This document shows positions 31,982-44,879 of a DNA stretch of 64,000 bases, one piece after another. Numbering within the stretch: position 1 is the stretch's first letter; every line of letters starts with the position of its first letter. A program made the translations under genes and the position numbers. Below the pieces are notes generated by a model that saw only the letters and a program-made list of their open reading frames with translations, ran no database searches and was not told the DNA's origin. Where the stretch lies: positions 1-64,000 of the forward strand of contig CBDCCS010000020.1 in the NCBI GenBank assembly GCA_965214935.1. Direction: 5' to 3'. The stretch is from Candidatus Velthaea sp. (GTDB lineage Bacteria > Vulcanimicrobiota > Vulcanimicrobiia > Vulcanimicrobiales > Vulcanimicrobiaceae).

Positions 31982-32209
31982 GACCCGACCTCGATTCGAG
32001 TTGCTTGTGACCACGTTTTCGCGCAACGCGGTACGCACGATTGGCCAATATACACATTCGCATTTCCGTCGGAATGGAATCGGATCATCGAGGCCCTCGC
32101 ACTAGAGGTCGGCTATGACACAATCGACAGCACGAGAATCAGCCGCCGTTTTAACGATTTTCTCGCGCGCCTCAACGAAGCACCTGGCACGCCGAACCAC
32201 GAGTACTAA
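31982..32209 (+). pseudogene. 3' remnant, possibly of an AbiEii-type nucleotidyltransferase toxin, cut by IS21
   Basis: IRVACDHVFAQRGTHDWP...W...ALEVG resembles recalled AbiEii C-termini. Confidence 0.45.
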
Positions 32210-32308
32210 TCCCGCATTCACCGGATGAAACGGCGAATTTGATGTAGTCGACGAGCGAATTTGCTATAGTTGACAGGTGATTCACGCTGATGACACGCGG
32301 TCGAATTC

Positions 32309-33375
32309 ATGAACCCGACGGGTGAAGCGAAAGACGGCGTCTTGCGGCCGGATTTTGAACGGCGCGTGATGATTCACTTTCGGGTTCCGTCGTTACTTCG
32401 GATGCGGGTCTGCTTGCGTATCGCGAACTCGATGACGCATTGGGATTGAGCGAATCAGCGACCGATCGGCTTGCCGACGCACGCACGGGCAAGAATGGCC
32501 GGAACGCGTTGGTGGGCATGCTTCGTCAATCCGTCTTCGGAAGGCTCGCCAGGTATGAAAACGTGAACGACGCCGAACGGTTGCGGCACGATCCCGCGAT
32601 GCGCTGGATCATCGGCGGTAAGGCCGCGAAAGGCCATGGTGCATCACCGAGCCAGATGGACCGTTTCGAGACGCGCTGGTTGGCGCAGTAGGAAAACCTC
32701 GCAGCACTTACCGATCTCTCCGGTCATTGGATCGATCGTGTTGCAAAGCATCGTCGCGGCGATCGCATCGTGCTCGATTTGGGCTCGAGCGTCAGCCCCA
32801 CGCATGGTGAGCAAGAAAACAGCGTTTGGAACGGACATTTCGGCTGCACGTGTTACCACCCGCTCTTTCTCTTCAACCAGCATGGCGATTTGGAGCGAAG
32901 CGTGCTTCGCCCTGGAAACTGCACAGCGCCGACGGCTGGGAAGGCGCCCTCAAGCCCGTCGTCACGCGCTACCAACGTACCGGCAAGACCGTCGCATTTC
33001 GCGGCGATGCAGCCTTCGCGCAACCCAGAATGTACGAGTACCTCGAGTCGTTGGGTGTCGAGTACGCAATCCGGCTGCCGGCTAATCAGGTCCTTCAAGC
33101 GCGGATTGCCGATCTGCTCACACGACCGGTAGGGCGCCCACCGAACTACGTCTTGCGGTTCTATCGAAGTTTCCGCTATGGGGCGAAGAGTTGGTCCCGT
33201 CCGAGACGCGTCATTGCCAAAGTGGAGTGGCATCCGAGGGAACTGTTGCCCCGGGTTGGCTTCATAACGAACTTAACGATTATGAGCAAGAACGTGGTCG
33301 CGTTTTACAACAAGCGCGGCACCGCGAAGCAGTGGATCAAAGAAGGCAAGGGTGCGATCAAATGGACGCGGCTTT
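32309..33375 (+). pseudogene. IS1380-family transposase pseudogene
   Basis: VTSDAGLLAYRELDDALGL, DAERLRHDPAMRW, SPTHGEQE...CYHPL, FRGDAAFA, YNKRGTAKQWIKEGK; stops and frameshifts. Confidence 0.88.
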
Positions 33376-33842
33376 TGGAGCAGCCCCCGTTTGGACCGGA
33401 CACGCGGCATAGCCTGAGGACATAGGCATACGCCTATGAATACCACTATGACTTATGCGCAGAAAGTCGAAGTGATCACGAGCGTCGAGCGTCGATCGTC
33501 GGCGCCGGTGGTCTGTTGAAGAGAAGATCCGGATGGTCGAGGAGTCTCGTCGGCCGGGAATGTCGGTCTCGTACGTGACTCGAATCCACGGCGTAGCTTC
33601 AAGCCAGCTCTTCAAGTGGAGAAGTCGAATGGCCGAAGGAAGCATTCGTCAAGACCTTCAAGCGCGATTACGTCCGAATCAATCCATGTCCAGACGCCGA
33701 GACCGTGATCGCAAGCATCGATGGGTGGTTCGAGGACTACAACCGATGCCATCCGCACCGCGGACTCAAGATGCTGTCCCTCGCAAGTTCATAGAAGCCA
33801 ATTAATCACCCGCCGCGTGTTCGGTTTAGTGGGGCCACTGCA
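33376..33842 (+). mobile_element. Internally deleted IS3-family element (~470 bp)
   Basis: IRs TGGAGCAGCCCCCGTTTGGACCGGACAC and (reverse complement) TGCAGTGGCCCCACTAAACCGAACAC; OrfA start RRRWSVEEKIRMVEES joined to OrfB end FVKTFKRDY..WFEDYN. Confidence 0.75.
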
Positions 33843-34652
33843 AAGTCGCGATCCCGCGTACCCTGTTTGCCGAGATCCTCAACCGGATATCTGCCCTGCG
33901 TTCACCACCGCTAACCGCATCATAAACGTCCTGGCCGAGCGACCATCGCCGGCGATAAAGACGGGAGATTTGCGCCCTGATGACTCTGAAAATGCCATTT
34001 TCACCAGTTCCGGCGCTCCTCGCGACTTTCGCCGTGGGGAAATCGACTCCGCGCCCTCCCGAGCGCCCGAGAGCGGCCGGATTTGAGCGGCCCTGACTCG
34101 AAAAAGGAACCCATATGGGGAATCCCAGCTAACATATTCATTCCTCAGTATGACATCCATTGTAGATCGACTCATACGGTGTCTAGCGTTAATGGCGAGC
34201 GCCTTACTGCGAAGGGCGTCAAACTGGTGGAACGTTTTCCATCTCCCGGTTCCGAAGCACCATGGAGGGCAAGCATCGGACTTATTTATGATGACATTCT
34301 CGTGAGCTACACCGTCTGCGGAAGATCTCGTTTCAGACAGAACTAATGGTCTATAGTGGTCCCAAAGACAAGGCTTTAATAATGGACGAGTCGATGCCCG
34401 ATGACGCTATGGTAGTCGAAGTTGATCTGGACGGTGCTGTCGCGATGCTATTGGATGGCACTTACCGTCTTAGGAGCATCCGATGAGCGGCGCTCGCGTG
34501 CAACGCCGTCCCGAGGGCGGCAGCCAGATTCCCGAACAATCCGCCCTTGCCGGTAGGTTCGGGAGCCACTCGCTCGAAAAGCTCTGCCCTTGATAGCAGT
34601 TGCATCGGTCGCCATTTCGGTAAACCGTTTCGAAGAGCCAGCGGAGATCTGA

Positions 34653-35892
34653 ATGTGGTTCGAGGTTCTGGAAGGAACAGGCCCTGCGGGCATTGTCGTG
34701 GCCGCTCTCAAAGGCCTGGGTGGAATTGGATATCTGGGCGAGATTGTTGAACAATGTCGCGTCATCGGGCACCCACAACCCGAGCCTTCGGTGCGTCGAC
34801 TTTTGCAAGAGCACTCCTCTGACGCTGTGTGGGGAAAAACCGATCTCGGCTCGCGATCTATTCTATACCGTCGATGGGGTCAAGAAACGAACCGGATTTT
34901 GGGGCTTACGGGGCTTCTCCAGCGCACCCTACGAGTATCCAATCCGCGGAATGCGCCGTGCTTACGCCGACCTTCTTGATCGCGTCGCCACGCCTCTTGC
35001 AAATGTTCGCGGCATCGCCTATCGCGACGAAATTGTGCACGCGATTCAAGTGAGCTTCGCCCCTGGCTCGCCATATCCGGACACCCTACGCGAAGATGGA
35101 ATTATTGAACACATCGGCGAGGGACGCGCCCCGCTGCAATCAAACGTCGGCGGCAATCGCGGTATGCTCGAGGCTCAGCGACTCGGGTACGAGATCCCCG
35201 TTTTCCAATCCATCGGACCGAAGAACAAAAAGCGTTACGCAGACCTTGGACTATATCAAGTCGTCGATTCTACGCGCAGAGCACTACGCTTTGGTGAAAA
35301 TAATTACGACACGGATGCCTTCGTATTTCTACTTAGACCAGCTCCAAACGGCACGCCGCTGGATGATCACGAAGCAGATCTTGAAGTCCGTCGAGACAAC
35401 TTAAACAGCAGGGGAGGGTTTGAGAATCCGCTCGTCCGCGACATAGCCACGGCACCGCCAAAGCCGGCGTCGGGTGATGCTAAAAGCACGGATCCTGAAG
35501 TCCGTCGCCAGGCTGCAGATCGTCGCGTTAAGGCGCATTTTGAACTAGTCAAAGCGTTTGAAGCTCGAGCAAAAGCCGCCGGCCTTGAGTGCAAGTGTGA
35601 CTAGTATGCCGACGTTTTGTGTGACGGTAATATCTTCGAGATGAAGACATTAGAAAGCGACGACATTGCGCAGATCAGAGCTGCGATTGGTCAACTGTAT
35701 CACTATATGTTCATTCACCGCACGATGCCTGAGTATGCCTCTCCACGCCTGTACGCTGTTTTTGACCGAGAGATCGACCACGAGACAGTGGCCTTCATGA
35801 GCGCTAAAGCTAGAATCGGCGTTATATGGCACTCACCGGCTGGCTTCGAATCCACTCCAGACGTTAAGGCAGTGCTTCCATGGCTTTTTTGA
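34653..35892 (+). pseudogene. Candidate modification-dependent restriction nuclease: wHTH + SRA-like + PD-(D/E)XK; frameshift ~34835 and in-frame TAG at 35602
   Basis: ALKGLGGIGYLGEI..VRRLLQEHSSD..DLFY..GFWGLR; YPD..IEHIGEGR...Q...GNRGM..IPVF; ADVL..IFEMK..QIRAAIGQLYHY. Confidence 0.6.
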
Positions 35893-35981
35893 GTGATTTG
35901 GTTATGCGTGAACATTTCAGACGGTCACGAGCATCAGTAGTGAGCAGAAGGAATATCGGGAGCGGATTAAAGTAGCATCAG

Positions 35982-37469
35982 ATGGACATCGAGGGCAATA
36001 TCGATTCTCAGAAATACCGTAATCCGCTAATTTATCAGTGGTTATTTTATGCCGTTGCGCGCGCCATTTTGAGAGTGCTATATGAGAGACAACTTAGTCA
36101 ACACTCGGAGCTATTTTTTGACATCCTGACGGAGATTGAGCAGAATAAGAAGGCAAATATTGTCTATAAAGCTCTTGACCTATCACGCCAACGCATTTTA
36201 GCTGATATCGTGGCTCAGATACTGCAGGTTTCAGGCGTAATAACACGGGCTGAAAATAGCTGGATGCTGAGCGCCGCACAACTTCAAACGCCCCGTCCGC
36301 AAAGTCTCACGAACAGATACATTTCGATGGTTTACGGAGAATATAAGCGATGGGCTCATGCGCGGCCGGATGAGTATCGCCTCGATCTTAGCGAAGCTTT
36401 GCAGATGCTTCCAGCAACACCAAGACGTGTTTCAGGGATCGAGAAGCCAGATCAAGCGTTGCTTCCTGAAATGCTTAAACCAGAGGAAGAGCGTCGGGAC
36501 GCCCTTCAACAAGTGTTTTTCGTAACCGATCGAAAACAGATTGACTTCGGAGCGTTTGGAAACGAACGCTCCGAGGATGAACCTTGGGTGTCTTATGGGA
36601 GCGCTATAGTAAGTGTACCTGACATTCATTTGCCCGCAGATTTCGAGAGGCCATGGGGATTTAGAGGACTCAAACTCTCTGAAGACTTTAACAAACATAT
36701 CGTGATCCAAAGTGGTTTATTTAAGGTGCTGGGTGAAACAGAATTCTTTTTACAAGTTACAGCCGAGGAGAACAGTGCACTTATTTTTGTCCACGGTTAT
36801 TCAACGTCGTTCAGGGATTGCATACTGCGTAGCGGTCAGATTGCACATGACATGGCCTTTCAAGGGCCCGTCATAGCTTTCTCCTGGCCATCGCGAGGCG
36901 TAACGGAAGCGTACACACAAGATATCACTGATGCTCTTTGGGCCGGCGACCATCTCGGAAAACTTTTGATCGACCTCGCAACGAACGGATCGAGGCGTGT
37001 TCACATACTTTCGCACTCAGTGGGAGGCCAGGTTACAACGGAGGCCATTCGCTTCGTGGATCACGAGCGTGCTCTTGCCAATGTTGGTGAGTTAATTCTT
37101 GCTGCTCCTGATATTGATCAGGGGATCTTTAGGCAGCGGCGGAAACTAATCTGCGATACGGCAAGCAGAGTTACTCTCTATGCTTCGGAGCTTGATAAAG
37201 CCCTGACAGAGTTTTCAAAAATCGTTAATGGATGTGTCCGTGCTGGAGACGCCACGCAAATCTTGGTGTGTCAGGATGTTGAAAGTATCGATGCAACGGC
37301 CGTGACGGTCGACTGGCTCGGACATGGATACTTTTGCGAAACTATCGAATTGCTCGATGACATAAAGTTAGCGCTTGCGGGTACAGCTCCGCCTAGGAAG
37401 AATCTAATGAAGAAAACGGCCACTGATGGTTCAGTTTATTGGGCTTTTCACTTACCAACGACTCCTTAG
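35982..37469 (+). CDS. Alpha/beta hydrolase (DUF900-like) with ~170-aa N-terminal extension
   Basis: FFVTDR, YGSAIVSVP, LIFVHGY, FSWPS, ILSHSVG, LAAPDID, LYAS..DKAL, LGHGYF. Confidence 0.8.
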   Translation: MDIEGNIDSQKYRNPLIYQWLFYAVARAILRVLYERQLSQHSELFFDILTEIEQNKKANIVYKALDLSRQRILADIVAQILQVSGVITRAENSWMLSAAQLQTPRPQSLTNRYISMVYGEYKRWAHARPDEYRLDLSEALQMLPATPRRVSGIEKPDQALLPEMLKPEEERRDALQQVFFVTDRKQIDFGAFGNERSEDEPWVSYGSAIVSVPDIHLPADFERPWGFRGLKLSEDFNKHIVIQSGLFKVLGETEFFLQVTAEENSALIFVHGYSTSFRDCILRSGQIAHDMAFQGPVIAFSWPSRGVTEAYTQDITDALWAGDHLGKLLIDLATNGSRRVHILSHSVGGQVTTEAIRFVDHERALANVGELILAAPDIDQGIFRQRRKLICDTASRVTLYASELDKALTEFSKIVNGCVRAGDATQILVCQDVESIDATAVTVDWLGHGYFCETIELLDDIKLALAGTAPPRKNLMKKTATDGSVYWAFHLPTTP

Positions 37470-37697
37470 TTTGAGCTAGCTACTCAACGGCTCGGAGGCC
37501 TGCGCGCGCCTCGTTCGGCAGGGCCTTACCTCCCGGAACGGATTTTCGCGCGTTCACCTGGACCACGGCGCCGGCGATTGGCCAGAAACTTCGGCTCCAC
37601 GGTGCTTCGCGATCGGATTGGAGGACGGCGCCTCGTTTGCCAGCGCCTTATCTCCTGGATCCGATTTTCGCGCTTTTTCGGGCAGATCGCTGAGACC

Positions 37698-38251
37698 GTA
37701 AGCGTCTGTTGTAGACCGTCTGGCGCCTGAGCCATCTTTCCACGATGATAAAACAACGTCGCTTATCATCGTGAGGAAGTTATGGCAACAGCAAAAGCAG
37801 CAAAGGCGCACGTGGCTCGGCGCCGCTGGCCGTTAGTGGAGAAACGCCGCATCGTCGAGTTGACGCTTTCAGCCGGCATATCGGTCGTGGAGATCGCGCG
37901 TACGCACGCGCTGCATCCCAATATCGTGCATCAGTGGCGACGACTCTATCGTAGCGGCAAGCCTGATGCGCAGTCGGCGCCAGCACCGCAAATCGATAGC
38001 GATGCGGCGAGCGCAATGTTTGTGCCAGTGCGCGTCGTTCCCGCGGTGCGCCAGTCACGCGCGACGGTGCAGCGCGACACGTCGCCGGTTTGCAGCAGCG
38101 TAATGCACGTCATGTTGGCCTCGGGTTCCGCGCTGCGGATCGAGAGCGCAGCGATCGATGCGGCGTTGGTCTGCGCAGTGGTTGCGGAACTGCGGCGATG
38201 AGCGTTGTCGCGAGCGCAGTTCCGAGCGGCACGCGGGTATGGCTGACCGCC
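37698..38251 (+). mobile_element. IS66 left part: tnpA (37782..38201) and the first codons of tnpB, truncated by IS3-A
   Basis: GTAAGCG end; RRRWPLVEKRRIVE; tnpB start PSGTRVWL. Confidence 0.85.
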
Positions 38252-39775
38252 GCGGAATCTGTCAAGCTATTTGAGACCATCGAGTAAAAATAGTTACGCT
38301 ATGCCGCGCATAGTTCGTCCGACGGTGGATTGATCCAGACCGCCTCCGGTAGCGACTGGCGCTTGGGCTGACCATTGACGAATCGCTCGGGATGAGACTC
38401 AAAGGCGGCGCACATAATGGCGTGTCGTTGAGCAAGTCGGTCGGTGCCGGTCCCAGCATGAACTTCCGCCGGCGTCAACATCGCGATTCCAGAGTGTCGA
38501 TGTTCGTTGTTGTAATAGGTCATGAAGGCGCGCGTGTGACCTAGGGCGTGTTCGAAGCAGCCGAATCGATCGGGGAAGTCAGCCGCATACTTCATGGTCT
38601 TAAATTGCGCTTCGGAGTACGGGTTATCATCGCTCACGTGGGGCCGGCTGTGCGATCTTCGTACCGCGAGTCGCTCCAAGAGTGTTCCGACGAGTTGCGC
38701 GGTCATCTCGGTGCCGCGATCGGCATGCACGGTCAGAGTGCCCGGAGTAATGCACTGTACTGCAATCGTTTCCGCGATGAATTCCGCTGCGATCGTTGCA
38801 TCGGCTCGCCGCACCAAAGTCCAACGACGACCATGCGGCTAAAGACATCGAGCATGACAAGCAGCGAATACCATTCACCGCGATTTGGGCCTCGCAGTTT
38901 GTTGATGTCCCACGACCAACACTGGTTCGGCGCCGTCGCGAGGAACTCGGGCTTCACGTACTCGGGATGACGTGCTTGGCGCCGACGTTCACGGACCTCG
39001 TCACTCATACGCAATAGCCGATACATCGTGCTTTCCGAGCAAAGATATCGACCTTCGTCGAGTAAAATTGCGACGACTTGACCTGGCGATCGGTCGACAA
39101 ACCGCGGGCCACGCAGCAGCACAAGACCTCGTCCCGCTCGCCATCCGTGAGGCGACGCGCAGCAATTCGCGGCCCGGCATGATTGGCGATGAGCGTTGGC
39201 TTTCGCAAGAGAGTCGCTCGCGAGACGCCGAGTGCGTTACACACCAGACGCGTCGGATACTCGCGGCATAACATGCGACAAACCGCGATTAATCTTCGTC
39301 GATGATCTCGCGGCTCTCGGAGTCCATCCCCAAGAGCCGCGCCGCTTTTTTTTGGATTTCTCCGATGAGCTCAGCGCGTTCGACACGTCGTCGTAGTTTG
39401 CGGTTCTCTCGCTCGAGTTCCACGATACGACGACTTGCGGCTTGCGCATCACCTTTTTGCTGCTCGCACGCTTTCAATGCACGAGCGTCGAGATCACCGT
39501 GCTGTAGCTGGCGACGCCAGGTCGCGATTTGCGATGAATACACGCCTTCGCGACGGAGCACCGCACCTTGCATTCCGTGCGCTGCTGCGTCGACTGCCGT
39601 CAGTATTCGACGCTTCTCTGCAGGCCAGAATCGACGCCGCTTCGCTTTGAGTACGATCTCCGGCGAGGCCGGAATCTTGCCGTTGGTAGTGGTTACCATC
39701 ATGAGGATCTCCGCTGCCCCGGTCGTGAGCTTAGACGGTTCGAGTGCTGGTCTCAATTCATGTTGACAGATGGGG
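38252..39775 (-). mobile_element. IS3-family element A, copy 2, intron-free, OrfB frameshifted
   Basis: Closely similar to 14889-19548 without the intron; OrfA ends at 39289; OrfB pieces 38299..38817, 38733..39122, 39005..39274. Confidence 0.9.
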
Positions 39776-40332
39776 CGATGATGATCCCCATAACCGTCTT
39801 CACGGCGCGGATCGTGTTGGCGCTGCAGCCGCCCTCTTCAAGCGCACCAAAGAGGCCGATGACTCCGCGGCGATCGAAGCGATCGAGTCGCAACCCGCCG
39901 ATAATGGGAGCCGCCTTGTCCCAGGCCCACACGTAGTGCTCGAACGTCTTGGCGCCAGTCGCCGTTCGCTTTTTCAAGCCAGGTAGTGACGTACTCGGAA
40001 ATCCGAGCCGGATTGACCGGCCGCAGGCTACCACCGCCGCGAGCGCTGAGATCAGCGACTTTGCGCCGCGTCTCCTCGGCCGTCTTGCCGTACACGACGC
40101 GACGCTGGCGCTTCCCATTCGGGGCGCGGCAATTCATCTCGGACTGGAATAGTTTCTTGTCCTCCCGAAAGAGGAGGGCTCCCTCGCCCTTCCGGCGTCG
40201 GGCGGGCGTTTTGAGGCGGCGCTTGAGCGTCTTAGTGAGGGCCGCCAGCGCCTTGAGGGCGTCTCGAACGACGGTCGGATCGTCTCCGTTTTCGAGCGCT
40301 GAGAGGGCGTCTTGGCGGCGGCCAAATCGCAC
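39776..40332 (-). pseudogene. Tyrosine integrase N-terminal remnant
   Basis: RRRKGEGALL...NGKRQRRVVYGKTAEETRRKV...SEYVTTWLE; adjacent to the tRNA; catalytic half missing beyond the IS. Confidence 0.78.
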
Positions 40333-40390
40333 ATAGCCTGTGTTATAGCCTGTACGAGGGCTAAAACCTGTATCCGCGATGTCGCCGGAA

Positions 40391-40420
40391 AGAAGAAAAA
40401 GCCCGTGGATACAGGCTTTC
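40391..40420 (-). terminator. tRNA terminator
   Basis: Minus strand AAAGCCTGT-atcc-ACGGGCTTT-TTCTT. Confidence 0.7.
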
Positions 40421-40423
40421 TGC

Positions 40424-40499
40424 TGGAGCCGACGAGCGGATTTGAACCGCTGACCTGCTGATTACGAATCAGCTGCTCTACCAACTGAGCTACGTCGGC
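40424..40499 (-). tRNA. tRNA-Thr (anticodon CGT)
   Basis: GCCGACG acceptor stem, D arm AGCTCAGTTGGTAGAGC, anticodon arm CTGA-TTCGTAA-TCAG, GGTTCAAATCC, encoded CCA; 76 nt. Confidence 0.98.
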
Positions 40500-40764
40500 C
40501 TATTGTGCTTCCACCGGGCCATGTGTCGACAGCAACGGTTGCGGCTTCCACGGTCTAGAAAGCGACCCTTTTTTCGAACGGTGGGTACTCGATCGTACAA
40601 GCCGGTAGCGGGGTGCTCGCGGTCCTGAAACGCTCCCCCTGTCGGAGCGGTGGCTAGCGCTACCGTTGCGACCCCACAACAGCGGACCCTTACTGCTCAG
40701 ACCCAACTTTGGCAAAAGGGGCCACCATGCGACGAGTCCGTCCGCCTTAACTGCGACGAACTCC

Positions 40765-42956
<2,192 letters not shown>

Positions 42957-42960
<4 letters not shown>

Positions 42961-43838
42961 GGTCGCTCCTCGGGCCAATAGAGCCGCATGGGATTGTCGA
43001 CCAGTAGCCGCCGCGCGGAGTCGGCGTTCGGGGCGATGCGCGGAATGAAATCAACGAGCGCACCGTCGTCCGGAACGTGCGTTTCCATGTTGGGGTGCGG
43101 CCAATCGGTTCCCCACAGCACGCGATCCGGGAAGCGTTCGACCAGTTCGCGGCCAAACGGCACGACGTCGTCGTACGGCGGCCCGGTTTGCGATAACCGT
43201 TCGGCTCCGCTTACCTTGACCCAAAAATTCGCGTGCGTATCGATCAAATCGATGAACTGCCGCCACTGCGGATCGGCGGTGCCCAAAAAAACGTCGGGCC
43301 GGCCCATATGGTCGACGACGACGACCGTCGGCAACGTGGTAAGGAACGGCGCGAGTGCGCTGAGTTCAGGCGCCTCGAAATAGACGACGATGTGCCATTC
43401 GAGCGGCACGATCTTGTCGACGACGCGCAGATAGTGGTCGCGCGGCGTCGTGTCGACCAGACGCTTGAGAAAATTAAACCGAACACCCCGGACGCCGGCG
43501 GCATCCATCGCCGTCAGTTCGGCGGACGTGACATCCGGATCGACGACGGCAATCCCGCGCGCGCGCTGACCCGCAGCCAGCAGCGCGTCGATCATCGCGG
43601 CGTTATCGGTTCCGTGACAGCTTGCTTGAACGATCACGTTGCGCGCGAAGCCCAAGAAATCGCGCAAGCCGAACAGGGCTTCTTTGGGGGCATCGCCGGG
43701 CGTATATTTTCGTTGCGGCGCATACGGAAAAACAGCGCCTGGACCAAACACGTGACAGTGCGCGTCGACCGCGCCGGCCGGCGTCATGAACGCGGGACGC
43801 GCCGGTTGTGGGTGATAACGATTTAGGTCGAGTTGCAT
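42957..43838 (-). CDS. ligI: 2-pyrone-4,6-dicarboxylate lactonase
   Basis: DAHCHVFGP, RKYTP.DA, GVRFNFLKRLVD, DHMGRPD, LWGTDWPHPN. Confidence 0.92.
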
Positions 43839-43850
43839 CGCGTCGTTCCT

Positions 43851-44879
43851 CTATGCGGCCGGATGCGATTTGGCAAGCGTGGTCTTCAAACGTGGATAAA
43901 CGCGCAACACGTTAGCGGCGAAAATTTTATCGCGCGCCTCGTCGCCGAGTGCGAGTGCATCGATGTAGCGTTTGGTGTCGTCGTAAAAGTTACCGGTACG
44001 CGAATCGACGCCCCGGACGGCGCCGACCATCTCGGAACCGAACAAGATGTTGTCGACCGGAATAACGTTGCAGAGCAACTCGATCCCGGGCCGGTGGTAT
44101 ACGCACGTGTCAAAGAAGACGTTCTTGAGCACCGATTCCTCGAGTGGCGGCCGCTTCAGATCTTGGGCAATGCCGCGATAGCGTCCCCAGTGATACGGTA
44201 CCGCACCGCCGCCGTGCGGAATAATGAACCGCAAGGTCGGAAAATCAACGAACAGGTCGGCGGTCATGAATTGCATGAACGCCGTTGTATCGGCATTGAG
44301 ATAGTGCGCGCCGGTCGCATGAAAATTGGGATTGCACGATGCGCTCACATGCACCATCGCCGGCACGTCCAGCTCGACCATCTTCTCATACAGCGGATAC
44401 CAAAACCGATCGGTGAGCGGCGCCGACGTCCAGTGGCCACCCGACGGATCGGGATTGAGGTTGAGCCCGATGAAGCCCAGTTCTTCAACGCAGCGCGCGA
44501 GTTCGCGAATGCTCGCCGTGAGATCGGCACCGGGCGATTGCGGCAGTTGGGCGACCCCGACGAAGTTGTGCGGATACAGCTGCACGACGCGCGCGATGAG
44601 ATCGTTGCACGCCCGCGACCACGCGATGCTCGTGATTTGCGTGCCGATGTGGTGACCCATCGCTGACGCGCGCGGCGAAAAGATGGTCAGGTCGGTACCG
44701 CGCTCGCGCATCAGACGCAGCTGTGCATCTTCCAGACTCGCCCGAATCGCTTCATCCGTGATTTTAGGAGCATCCGGCGCCGGCAGCGTCGCATCGCTCA
44801 AACCAGCGATCTGCACTTGGCGAAAAGCCTGCAGACCGTCGGGAGCGGTCGTGTAGTGGCCGTGGCAATCGATGATCAT
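43851..44879 (-). CDS. ligJ: 4-oxalomesaconate hydratase
   Basis: MIIDCHGHYTTAP, SPRASAMGHH, TGAHYLNADT, PHGGGAVPYHWGR. Confidence 0.93.
   Translation of the reverse strand: MIIDCHGHYTTAPDGLQAFRQVQIAGLSDATLPAPDAPKITDEAIRASLEDAQLRLMRERGTDLTIFSPRASAMGHHIGTQITSIAWSRACNDLIARVVQLYPHNFVGVAQLPQSPGADLTASIRELARCVEELGFIGLNLNPDPSGGHWTSAPLTDRFWYPLYEKMVELDVPAMVHVSASCNPNFHATGAHYLNADTTAFMQFMTADLFVDFPTLRFIIPHGGGAVPYHWGRYRGIAQDLKRPPLEESVLKNVFFDTCVYHRPGIELLCNVIPVDNILFGSEMVGAVRGVDSRTGNFYDDTKRYIDALALGDEARDKIFAANVLRVYPRLKTTLAKSHPAA

Larger units (their letters stand above)
24850..40471. mobile_element. tRNA-Thr-integrated genomic island (~15.6 kb), immobilised
   Basis: 48-bp direct repeats, integrase remnant next to the tRNA, visibly lower-GC cargo, many IS. 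Confidence 0.9.

Noticed and set aside
33843..34650. Short ORFs upstream of the nuclease gene
   Set aside because: No recognisable motifs; may be degraded sequence
35602..35604. TAG as programmed pyrrolysine or recoding
   Set aside because: The same gene also has a frameshift, TAG is a normal stop elsewhere in the window, and no pyl genes are seen; a nonsense mutation is simpler
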